Shown here: positions 5,875-12,858 of the stretch, piece after piece | How positions within the stretch are numbered: the first letter of the stretch is position 1 | Layout of the letters: every line of letters begins with the position of its first letter | Source: Lachnospiraceae bacterium | GTDB lineage: Bacteria > Bacillota > Clostridia > Lachnospirales > Lachnospiraceae | Assembly (NCBI GenBank): GCA_051879275.1 | Contig: JBJELS010000091.1 | Location: forward strand, 1 to 14,458 | DNA length: 14,458 nt | Direction of reading: 5' to 3' | Program-made: the position numbers and the translations under genes | The notes under the pieces: model-generated | What the model was told of the DNA's origin: nothing | Databases searched by the model: none | The model's input: only the letters and a program-made list of their open reading frames with translations

Positions 5875-7899
5875 CTACTTTTCCTCCTTATCCCGAAAAT
5901 ACCCTTCGCTTTTCTTCTCTCGAATAAACTTCTCTACATCCTCCAGCCGGTCTGTCACCGGCATAGTCGGCAGAGTGTCCAAAATTTCCCTCCGATATCT
6001 TCCTTTCAAAGAGGCGCGGCTGTCTAAAATGGTAAACACTGCTGTATCCTCTTCTCTTCGGATTCCCCGGCCAAACCACTGCCGCAGCTTTACCAGCATT
6101 TGCGGAACAACCACCTCTTTTCGGTATAACGAAAAGGCTTCTTTCTCATCTTCCACTGCTGCTAAATACTCTTTTTTCCGATACTCCATTACCGGATCAG
6201 GCACAGGAAAGGGCAATTTCACCATAATCAGGCTGGAAAGAATATCTCCCGGAAGATCAATTCCCTCTCCCGCACTGTCACTGGCAAATAAAACGCCATT
6301 TCCACTATGGCGAAACTGATTAATCTTATCCAATCTCCCTCTTCCCATCAGAAACAGGGGATAAGAAAAAAGCTGCTCCTTCAGTCTATAGAATACCCTC
6401 TCCATAAGCCAATAAGAGGTAAATAAAATCAGGGTATGTCCATGGGTGATATTCACCAGTTTCTGTATTTCTTCCATAATGGCCTGTATGTAGCCCTCAT
6501 CCCGAATATGGGGAAAGGGCATACGCTCTGGAATATACAATAGCCCATTGGATTCATAGGCAAAGGGAGAAGGCTTGCTGGTCTCCCGTATTCTCCCCGG
6601 TGATACTGCCTGTAACCCCAACTGCTGTTTAAAATAAGTAAAATCCCCTCTTACCGACATTGTTCCGGAGGTAAAAATGGTTGGTATAGGTCTGCTCCAG
6701 GCATCCTGAACGAAAAAATTTTCCAATCTTATAGGAATTGCACATAAGGTCAGGCTGCCCCTTTCACTCTTTTCCACCCAACAGATGAATTGGCTGCTGT
6801 TTAAAAATATATTTAGCTTATTCCTTAATTCCTGACAAAGTTGTTTTAATCTTCGTTCTCTTCCCACCAGTCGCTTCTCCCCGGGAAAAGAGACTGCCAA
6901 CTGCTCCAAATCCTTAATCATCTGTTTTAAATGCCGTTTTTCTTTTATTCCTATGACCACTTCTTCCCGATAACCTTCCCTGGTATGGCAGTCTGCAATC
7001 TCTCCTGCCAACCCGAAAAAAATCTGTCGATTACCTTCGGCAAGCCGCTTTCGCAGCACCCTTAACGGACTATTCCTTTCTTCACTGTTTCCAGTTTCAC
7101 TGAACTGAAGAATCTGCGTGGTCTCCTCTTCCTGCCATCTGGTACTGTACATCTGCCTTGCTGCATCGATCAGTTTGTGGGCTTCGTCCAAAACAAGAGC
7201 CCCATAGGGTGGAAAAAGTGGTTTTTTCCCTTGCTTTTGCCCCAGTAGATCGGCCAGCACATAGTTATGGTTAGTAATCTGAAAGTCATAATGTTCGGTC
7301 AAACAGGCTTTTTTAAACTGCATGAATCGGCATAAATCAAAGCATGGACAGGTACGGTTACAATGACCAACATTAATTCTGGCTTTTACATACGGAGTCA
7401 GGGTCGAATCATCCAGATCAATCCCACTCTCCTCCTCTTTCCTGAATTTGGTCAGTTCAATAATCAACTCTGTATCCCTTTCTCTATCCAGTGCTTTCAT
7501 AGATGCTTCATAAATGGCTAATCGGTTATCACAAATATAATGGTTCTTCCCCTTCCTGACCACAAAGGAAAGGGGTCTGGTAATCATTCCACAAGCTAAA
7601 AGGATCTCAGAAATCTGGGGAATATATTCTTCCGTTAATGCCTTTTGCAAGGCGATGGTGGAGGTGGAGATTACCACTGGAGTTTTTTTCGCTGAATAGA
7701 TCCGATAAACTACCAAAGCCAGCAGATAGGCATGAGTTTTCCCTGTTCCTACTTCGGCTTCGCATAAAGCCAGCTTCTTTTCCTGCAATGCTGCTAACAT
7801 CTCCAGGGCAAGCTCTTTTTGCTTAACTCGCAAATTCATTCCATACCCAGGTAAAATTTCATCAAACAATTCTCTTAATCCTTCTTGTGCACTCTTCAC
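5875..7899 (-). CDS. DinG/XPD (Rad3)-family ATP-dependent DNA helicase with a putative 4Fe-4S cluster domain
   Basis: 674 aa. Walker A: CEAEVGTGKTHAYLLA. Cys cluster between motifs I and II: HYICDN ... GHCNRTCPCFDLCRF. ITNHNY motif. DEAH box: LVLDEAHKL. C-terminal helicase motifs: ILFTSY, SAGEGIDLPGD, VKLPFPVPDP, QWFGRGIRREEDTAVFTILDSR. There is no N-terminal exonuclease domain. The start is GTG 7899 with AGGAGG 12 nt upstream, which is a long spacing. An in-frame TAA two codons upstream (7905-7903) excludes a longer N-terminus. Confidence 0.9.
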   Translation of the reverse strand: MKSAQEGLRELFDEILPGYGMNLRVKQKELALEMLAALQEKKLALCEAEVGTGKTHAYLLALVVYRIYSAKKTPVVISTSTIALQKALTEEYIPQISEILLACGMITRPLSFVVRKGKNHYICDNRLAIYEASMKALDRERDTELIIELTKFRKEEESGIDLDDSTLTPYVKARINVGHCNRTCPCFDLCRFMQFKKACLTEHYDFQITNHNYVLADLLGQKQGKKPLFPPYGALVLDEAHKLIDAARQMYSTRWQEEETTQILQFSETGNSEERNSPLRVLRKRLAEGNRQIFFGLAGEIADCHTREGYREEVVIGIKEKRHLKQMIKDLEQLAVSFPGEKRLVGRERRLKQLCQELRNKLNIFLNSSQFICWVEKSERGSLTLCAIPIRLENFFVQDAWSRPIPTIFTSGTMSVRGDFTYFKQQLGLQAVSPGRIRETSKPSPFAYESNGLLYIPERMPFPHIRDEGYIQAIMEEIQKLVNITHGHTLILFTSYWLMERVFYRLKEQLFSYPLFLMGRGRLDKINQFRHSGNGVLFASDSAGEGIDLPGDILSSLIMVKLPFPVPDPVMEYRKKEYLAAVEDEKEAFSLYRKEVVVPQMLVKLRQWFGRGIRREEDTAVFTILDSRASLKGRYRREILDTLPTMPVTDRLEDVEKFIREKKSEGYFRDKEEK

Positions 7900-7934
7900 T
7901 AATTAATCACGCCTCCTAAAGTATTTCTTATGCC

Positions 7935-8027
7935 ATAAAGCAGCACAGAAACAGGCCTGAAACGGTTAGTTGGATTTCCTTTGACAAAACAAAATGTCTA
8001 TCCGGCCCATATGCTCTGCTGCTTTAT
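7935..8027 (-). promoter_or_regulatory. Long-range 11-bp stem in the helicase leader
   Basis: ataaagcagca (7935-7945) is the perfect reverse complement of tgctgctttat (8017-8027). The two are separated by 71 nt that contain smaller hairpins. The proximal arm ends 35 nt upstream of the helicase start, and the SD is not included in the stem. Confidence 0.4.
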
Positions 8028-8033
8028 AAACAA

Positions 8034-8063
8034 AGCGTAACGATTCAGTCCCTTCATCGTTAC
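8034..8063 (-). repeat. Hairpin repeat, copy B (in the helicase leader)
   Basis: The sequence agcgtaacgattcagtcccttcatcgttac is 29/30 identical to 5624-5653. The single difference lies in the loop (c8050 versus a5640). The stem is 8 bp and the loop 11 nt. Confidence 0.85.
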
Positions 8064-8087
8064 CGCAAAGCTACTTTTAATAACAAC

Positions 8088-8338
8088 GTGTATCAGCCAT
8101 CCTGTCGGTAAACAGGCATCATAAAAGCCGCCCACCTTCTTTCTCAAAAGTGGGTGTGCATTTTCCCGCTGTGCTGCGAGCCAAAAGGAAGTATCATTAT
8201 TGCCAACCGGGGTCATCGCATCCTGTCCCACCACAGACAGTACGGTCACAGGTAGTTATCGCTTGGAAAATTTCCGCATGGCGTACCCTGACCGGTGCTT
8301 TCCGGCTCTCCGGCCGGTTGGTTCTGTTGCTGATACAC
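8088..8338 (-). ncRNA. Candidate structured non-coding RNA of about 250 nt, class not recognised
   Basis: There is no protein-like ORF. Nested perfect long-range helices: P1 8329-8338/8088-8097 (10 bp) and P2 8314-8321/8203-8210 (8 bp). Local hairpins: 8284-8292/8245-8254, 8223-8227/8236-8240 (extended by 8241-8244/8217-8220), 8165-8169/8176-8180, 8131-8154 and 8101-8116. Three helices contain pairs that are G-U on the minus strand but A-C mismatches on the plus strand, which favours a minus-strand transcript. Confidence 0.45.
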
Positions 8339-8383
8339 AGATATGAAATTTTCAAGGTACTTTGGAAGGCGTTTTTTATGAAT

Positions 8384-8427
8384 AAAAAAGACCCCTTCAC
8401 TTAATTAGCCGTTAAGTAAAAGGGTCT
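8384..8427 (-). terminator. Rho-independent terminator ending the AT-rich operon
   Basis: The arms 8389-8404 and 8412-8427 form 6+2+6 paired positions with two single mismatches, and the loop is ttagccg. On the minus strand the stem runs into TTTTTT (8389-8384). It lies about 150 nt downstream of the lipoprotein stop. Confidence 0.75.
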
Positions 8428-8581
8428 GCCGAAAAATTTTACAATAATTTTTTTAGTTTTATATCTTATATGAATTTCCTGATTTCAATGCCATATTAAA
8501 TTTAAAAATAATTTTTGCCTACGGATAGTAATGTCCAAAATTAGTAGAAATACATATCGAAAGAATACCTATTTTAAAATT

Positions 8582-9751
8582 TTATATACTCATCTGAGCA
8601 ATATATAACTCTCCCGTCAATTCATGCTCGTAAAAGCCAGTAAGCTTGCCGTCTTCATAAATAAGATGTCTAAATTGAAATCCCAGCTCAATAATCTCCT
8701 GTTCGCATAACATGTATTCGGCTATTTTATTTCCTTCATAGTCATAACGTAAAACGACAGTCGGTGTTTTCCCTATTATTCGATCCACGCTCTCCAGCGT
8801 AAAATAGCTGTCGTCTATAGGAAGTGCCCAGTCAAGGGGAATATCCACCTCCTGAATCTCACCGGATTCCTGAATTGCTCCATGACTAGAGTTAATCGTC
8901 CATTTCTCTTCCTCTAGCGTATTGTATGGATGGACTTCAACAATAAACCCTCTTTGGTTATAATCGAATGTATATACATATTGCCAATCATCCGGCATAA
9001 TCATCATTTTTTTTTCGTTCCACTGTTCTGTTTCATTTTTTTCCCAAAGCCAATACTCCACTTCCCCGTCATCTACCCTTTTTACAACCACCATGCTTCC
9101 ATCCTCTCTTATTGCAAAGTGGCTGATGAAGCCTTCACTTATCTCTCCGGTCCGGTAGATTTCATGCTGTTCTGGTTTTCCTTCCAGCAGTTCCAGCTGC
9201 ATGATCATCCCCTCTTCTGACGAGTAGAACAGCCTTCCTTTATGGATATAATAATCTAGCCGTATTCCCACCAATGTTTTGTAGGTCCAATCCTCCATAT
9301 CCACCAGCAGCAACTGATTTTCGACGCCATATTCTACAATTAAATATTGCTTAAACTGGATGTATGTGCGTATGTCCTTTAATCCCAAATACTCCTCCAA
9401 CGTTCCTTCCTTTTTCCAACGTCCTTCTTCCTGTCGATATATCTCGTTCTCGTCTAGAATAAGAATATCCTCATAATAGGCATAACCCATAAAACCGAGT
9501 CCATTCTGACTATGGTATTTCAGCCGCTCACTTTCCGCTAACGTCACCCTGTTTGCATTCTGCTCCAGAAGCATTTCCACCTTCTTTTCTTTTATTGCTT
9601 CTGACCATGCAACTGCTCCCTCCATCCTTTTGTCCGTTACATCTATCAGGTTAAGTGTTGCCTTCGGCGTAAGTTCTCCCCCTTTTCTTTCCTGGCAAGC
9701 GGTCACTAGCATGACCAGTACAAATATCATCCCTAAAAAAATTCTTTTCAT
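8582..9751 (-). CDS. Lipoprotein of unknown function (389 aa); candidate extracytoplasmic immunity protein
   Basis: The N-terminus MKRIFLGMIFVLVMLVTAC has a basic n-region, a hydrophobic core and a lipobox V-T-A-C. The mature part is rich in aromatic and acidic residues and is probably beta-rich. It starts 14 nt after the stop of the 515-aa gene. Confidence 0.8.
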   Translation of the reverse strand: MKRIFLGMIFVLVMLVTACQERKGGELTPKATLNLIDVTDKRMEGAVAWSEAIKEKKVEMLLEQNANRVTLAESERLKYHSQNGLGFMGYAYYEDILILDENEIYRQEEGRWKKEGTLEEYLGLKDIRTYIQFKQYLIVEYGVENQLLLVDMEDWTYKTLVGIRLDYYIHKGRLFYSSEEGMIMQLELLEGKPEQHEIYRTGEISEGFISHFAIREDGSMVVVKRVDDGEVEYWLWEKNETEQWNEKKMMIMPDDWQYVYTFDYNQRGFIVEVHPYNTLEEEKWTINSSHGAIQESGEIQEVDIPLDWALPIDDSYFTLESVDRIIGKTPTVVLRYDYEGNKIAEYMLCEQEIIELGFQFRHLIYEDGKLTGFYEHELTGELYIAQMSI

Positions 9752-9765
9752 CTCTCTTTTACCCT

Positions 9766-11313
9766 TTACTCTCCTTGATAGGTTCCCTCTACATTTACAA
9801 TGGCTTCAACTTTGGAAATATATTCCGAATCTCCGCCTTTATTATACAAATACAGTGCTTTTTGCTGATTACCTCCACAGCTTTCAAGATTTTGATGCAT
9901 GGTATCCACTCCGATTGCAATGCTCATCATCGGATCTACTCCATCAAGATGAAAATAATATTCTTTATCACTGCCTTCATAATAGTACTCTCCTCCTCCA
10001 TTTTTTTCTGTCGTAAACAACAGTCTGACAATACCTCCACATCTGCCAAATTTTTCTTCATGATATTCATCCGCCTTTGGTGGGTCACTTTCTTGATTTT
10101 TCTTCCATATCTTTTCTCCTGTAATATATCCTTCTTTGCTTGTTATTACATAATATTTCCTCGCATCTATTCCAATGTAATCATAAATATTATAATTACG
10201 TACATCAAGACACTGCATAACATCTCGCTCAGTATTATTTGTTGGTACTTCATTTCGATTAGAAGAAAATCCCATTCTGCTTTCTACATAACATTGTGCC
10301 TTAATATAGCGAGGATCAACCTGGGAATCATAAACTTCCCTATAGTACTCCGTCCATCCCAATATATAGTAATCATATCGGTTATAGTCATTCCCCTCTT
10401 TGGAAGTATATAAAGATAAGGCATAGGGAGAATTTACTCCTAAGTAACTCAATGCCTCCTCTACAATATAATCATTGTCATAATACATTCCTAACTGTAA
10501 ATAATTATCCAATATCTCTATTGCCCGTTCTCTGGATTTCCACGCGTTTTGTCCGGAATCCAGTGCGGTAATCGTACCGCCTGATTTATACCTACAGAAC
10601 AACATGGATAAGGTATTAATTCCTTCTTGTCCATTGAATTGAAGATGCGATTGTGAAATCCACTGCCCTACACTCCCATTCGTCTCTCCTCCCAAATACT
10701 CTCCTGCCAGTCTAAGATTCTCCCATTCTTCCTCCAAATCCATAAAACAATAGCAAGTTCCCATATGGGCTTCCAACATTTTTCTTATTTTCTCAGCCTT
10801 CTCTTCTCCTACTGCATCTACCAAAATAAACTCCTCTGGTATTAGCCTACAATTTCCAAACCCCACAATATTAACTTTTCCATCATTATTTATATCATCA
10901 CGCATACCACCTGTACAGTCCTTTATATGCGCATATGGGCATGCATTCACCGTTTCTTTTCTGTCTTCATGGATTGTCAATCTAGAATTGGCTCTTATCG
11001 AATGTGGTTCACTTTCTATTACTTTTTTGTTCTGATCATAAAATATGAGCTGTTTATATGGTGTTGCATTAGGACAGGTCAATATTGCTCCATCTACCAA
11101 ATACTCTGTATCATTTTTCTGTAATTCTATCAGTAGCTGATTGAGTTCCTCCACTTCATGAGTTTCTTCTAGTCCATGCCTGTACGCAATAGATTTCTTT
11201 TGTTCATTGAGCACATCCTCATTCTCTATGATACTATTCATTTCTCTTGGCATTTCTTTCGCTGAAGCAACTGTTGATAATGTATTACCTATTATTCTCT
11301 CTGTTATTTTCAT
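9766..11313 (-). CDS. PAAR-like (DUF4280-type) N-terminal region fused to a lysozyme/lytic-transglycosylase-like C-terminal region; candidate secreted effector
   Basis: 515 aa. Signature strings I associate with DUF4280: LVDGAILTC, IVGFGNC, and MLFCRYKSGGTITALDSGQ. C-terminal AQCYVESRMGF ... ERDVMQC resembles the E-S ... L-M-Q catalytic region of SLT domains. SD GAGG lies 7 nt upstream of ATG 11313. Domain calls were made by eye only. Confidence 0.75.
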   Translation of the reverse strand: MKITERIIGNTLSTVASAKEMPREMNSIIENEDVLNEQKKSIAYRHGLEETHEVEELNQLLIELQKNDTEYLVDGAILTCPNATPYKQLIFYDQNKKVIESEPHSIRANSRLTIHEDRKETVNACPYAHIKDCTGGMRDDINNDGKVNIVGFGNCRLIPEEFILVDAVGEEKAEKIRKMLEAHMGTCYCFMDLEEEWENLRLAGEYLGGETNGSVGQWISQSHLQFNGQEGINTLSMLFCRYKSGGTITALDSGQNAWKSRERAIEILDNYLQLGMYYDNDYIVEEALSYLGVNSPYALSLYTSKEGNDYNRYDYYILGWTEYYREVYDSQVDPRYIKAQCYVESRMGFSSNRNEVPTNNTERDVMQCLDVRNYNIYDYIGIDARKYYVITSKEGYITGEKIWKKNQESDPPKADEYHEEKFGRCGGIVRLLFTTEKNGGGEYYYEGSDKEYYFHLDGVDPMMSIAIGVDTMHQNLESCGGNQQKALYLYNKGGDSEYISKVEAIVNVEGTYQGE

Positions 11314-11316
11314 TTC

Positions 11317-11838
11317 TTACCTCACACAAATTTCTTCAAATCGTATCCCTTCGGCTCCTCTTCTAAGAATACTCTCCACATAATCCAGTCTGGCAATAAA
11401 CCCGTTTCGCTTATATCCCTTTACCCGAAAAGCTACTCTATTTCCTATCTTTTCTTTCTCCAATACAAGCTGTTCTATCCGATTGCCTGTGCGGTTATAA
11501 GCAGTCTCTTCAGACATACAGTCTACCTCCTCGATTACGGTAAGAAAGTAGGTTACATTTGCTCCATTTTCCCAATCTGACAGCTTTACTACCTTATAGG
11601 ATACATCCACTTCATACATCATAAGAACCTCTAAGCAGGTCTCTGAAAGAAACAGGCAGGGCTGACAAAGAATATCCGGGAAAAATCCTTCCTCCGGAAA
11701 TACCATCCTTACAATCGTCCACATTGGCAGTCTGCTCAAACCTTCTTTCGTCAGATAACGAATATCAATCGCTCTGTTTTTATTAATGGCATAAGGGATT
11801 TTATTTCCCTCATCCGTTTCCAGAAAAAAATACTTCAT
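11317..11838 (-). CDS. Hypothetical protein (173 aa), Imm11/DUF1629-like by pattern
   Basis: MKYFFL start. FPDILCQPCLFLSETCLEVL, YFLTVIEEVDCMSEE and LVLEKEKIGNRVAFRVKG ... GIRFEE match my recollection of the Imm11 (DUF1629) immunity family layout. GGAGGA lies 7 nt upstream of ATG 11838, and the ATG starts 1 nt after the upstream TGA. Confidence 0.7.
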   Translation of the reverse strand: MKYFFLETDEGNKIPYAINKNRAIDIRYLTKEGLSRLPMWTIVRMVFPEEGFFPDILCQPCLFLSETCLEVLMMYEVDVSYKVVKLSDWENGANVTYFLTVIEEVDCMSEETAYNRTGNRIEQLVLEKEKIGNRVAFRVKGYKRNGFIARLDYVESILRRGAEGIRFEEICVR

Positions 11839-11839
11839 C

Positions 11840-12439
11840 TCATCGTCCTCCTTGATACAGGGTCACTGCCTTGTCCATATATTCTCCGTACAAAAATACA
11901 ACATCGTCTGATGTGGACAACTCACTTTGAGACAGTAACTCCATGATATGCTCTGACATACTTTTTAACATAAGTTCAAAAATATACTGATAATGTTTTG
12001 CATAGACCACTTCAATTTGTTGGATTTCATACTTTTGCAAACGGATAAACCTTCTGGATAATTCTTGCTGCAAAACTGCTGCATCTTCTATGTATTTCTT
12101 TTGTAGTATCTCCGGATAAAAATATCCACTACATTCCCGCTCATCCAGATAAAATCCTTGATCCAGTAAATCTATCCTTATTTCAAATCGCCTGTTTCTT
12201 GATCCATATTGAAGGAAGCTGAATATTACATAATGTATCTTTCCTTTGTCCTCTTCCTCCTGCATCCGTTTCCCTATGGCTAAAACTTCTTTTAATACCT
12301 TTTCAAACCTATCCCACTCTTGATGACCAATTTTTTCAAATATTTTTTGTAGCTCCATGCAGCTATTAGAAAAAAGCTCACTCATAAAGGGCTTTAATGC
12401 CTCTACCATTTGTTCTTTTCTTCGATTGTATTGCCTCAT
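11840..12439 (-). CDS. Hypothetical protein (199 aa), no recognisable domain
   Basis: Clean ORF with SD GGAG 4 nt upstream of ATG 12439. Its stop is coupled to the next gene. Composition is protein-like (mixed helical and beta). No motif recognised. Confidence 0.7.
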   Translation of the reverse strand: MRQYNRRKEQMVEALKPFMSELFSNSCMELQKIFEKIGHQEWDRFEKVLKEVLAIGKRMQEEEDKGKIHYVIFSFLQYGSRNRRFEIRIDLLDQGFYLDERECSGYFYPEILQKKYIEDAAVLQQELSRRFIRLQKYEIQQIEVVYAKHYQYIFELMLKSMSEHIMELLSQSELSTSDDVVFLYGEYMDKAVTLYQGGR

Positions 12440-12512
12440 ATTTCTCCTCTGATTCAGTCAATATTTTGCAGGCTTTTCTCTGCTGATTCCCATTTTTCTC
12501 TAACAGAATCAA

Positions 12513-12833
12513 CTATCCCAGTGGTTTTATTTCATTGCCAATATTATTTAAGTTAATGATATCTCTTTGGGCACCATATCCACTGTAATAGTTTATTAAT
12601 CCTACATCCTCTTTCCATGTAAATCCTTCATAATAACCTATATCTCCATTAGGCTTAATCCATAAATAGCTCCCTACGATTTGATCTCCTGTTTTTTTTA
12701 TCGTATAGTATCTTCCTTCTTCACCTCGCTCCAAATCCTCGTTGATTTCTTCTTCCTGACAGACGATATCCGCATGAGCAATAATTTTTTCATCTGTATC
12801 TAAAATCTCCTTCAACTGCTCATCAACATTCAA
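12513..12833 (-). CDS. Hypothetical small protein (106 aa) with a non-canonical start
   Basis: The sequence is protein-like (YYTIKKTGDQIVGSYLWIKPNGDIGYYEGFTWKED). However, the only candidate start in frame is TTG 12833 (or ATT codons just upstream). No SD is present, and there are no internal Met codons. It begins 25 nt after the upstream TAG and sits in the +1 frame relative to it. Confidence 0.5.
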   Translation of the reverse strand: MNVDEQLKEILDTDEKIIAHADIVCQEEEINEDLERGEEGRYYTIKKTGDQIVGSYLWIKPNGDIGYYEGFTWKEDVGLINYYSGYGAQRDIINLNNIGNEIKPLG

Positions 12834-12858
12834 AATAATGACTACTGAACAATCATTC

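Noticed and set aside
5794-6319. ORFs 5794-6027 (+), 5888-6079 (-) and 5975-6319 (+)
   Set aside because: They overlap the 3' end of the helicase and the SD-supported micro-ORF, either in antisense or in alternative frames. Their hydrophobic stretch is the mirror image of the minus-strand TM peptide.
7638-7826. Plus-strand 62-aa ORF
   Set aside because: It is antisense to the Walker A region of the helicase. The translation is R/W/L-rich nonsense.
7981-8010. Plus-strand TTGACA at 7981-7986 as a divergent promoter
   Set aside because: There is no acceptable -10 hexamer at 16-18 nt spacing and no plus-strand gene downstream.
5624-8063. Hairpin repeats as CRISPR repeats or integron attC sites
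   Set aside because: There are only two copies, 2.4 kb apart, with a gene between them, so this is not an array. The arms do not fit the attC R''/R' cores (RYYYAAC / GTTRRRY). No IntI-type tyrosine recombinase and no cas genes are present.
8088-8338. Retron msr-msd, group II intron or a known riboswitch as the identity of the structured element
   Set aside because: The long closing inverted repeat recalls retron a1/a2, but no reverse transcriptase is present in the window. I saw no group II GUGYG 5' end or domain V-like sequence. By eye I found none of the conserved cores of common riboswitch or housekeeping RNA classes. It is left as an unclassified candidate.
8345-8383. Sigma-A promoter for the ncRNA candidate (TTGAAA or TTCCAA with ATATCT or TATCAG on the minus strand)
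   Set aside because: Spacings of 14 or 18 nt and poor -10 matches. I cannot support a promoter call, so the transcription start remains unknown.
7998-8404. ORFs 7998-8249 (-), 8150-8404 (+) and 8197-8400 (-)
   Set aside because: They overlap each other, lack SDs, and have R/C/G-rich non-protein-like sequences. They sit exactly on the self-complementary region, which is better explained as structured RNA.
8930-11124. Plus-strand ORFs 8930-9220, 9630-10016, 9775-10413 and 10927-11124
   Set aside because: They are antisense to the lipoprotein and PAAR-like genes. Their I/F/L-rich low-complexity products are typical of reverse frames in AT-rich coding DNA.
12451-12459. 9-nt match (gattcagtc) to the loop and stem junction of the hairpin repeat
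   Set aside because: It is too short to be meaningful in a window of this size. There is no flanking inverted repeat, and it sits in an SD-proximal spacer.
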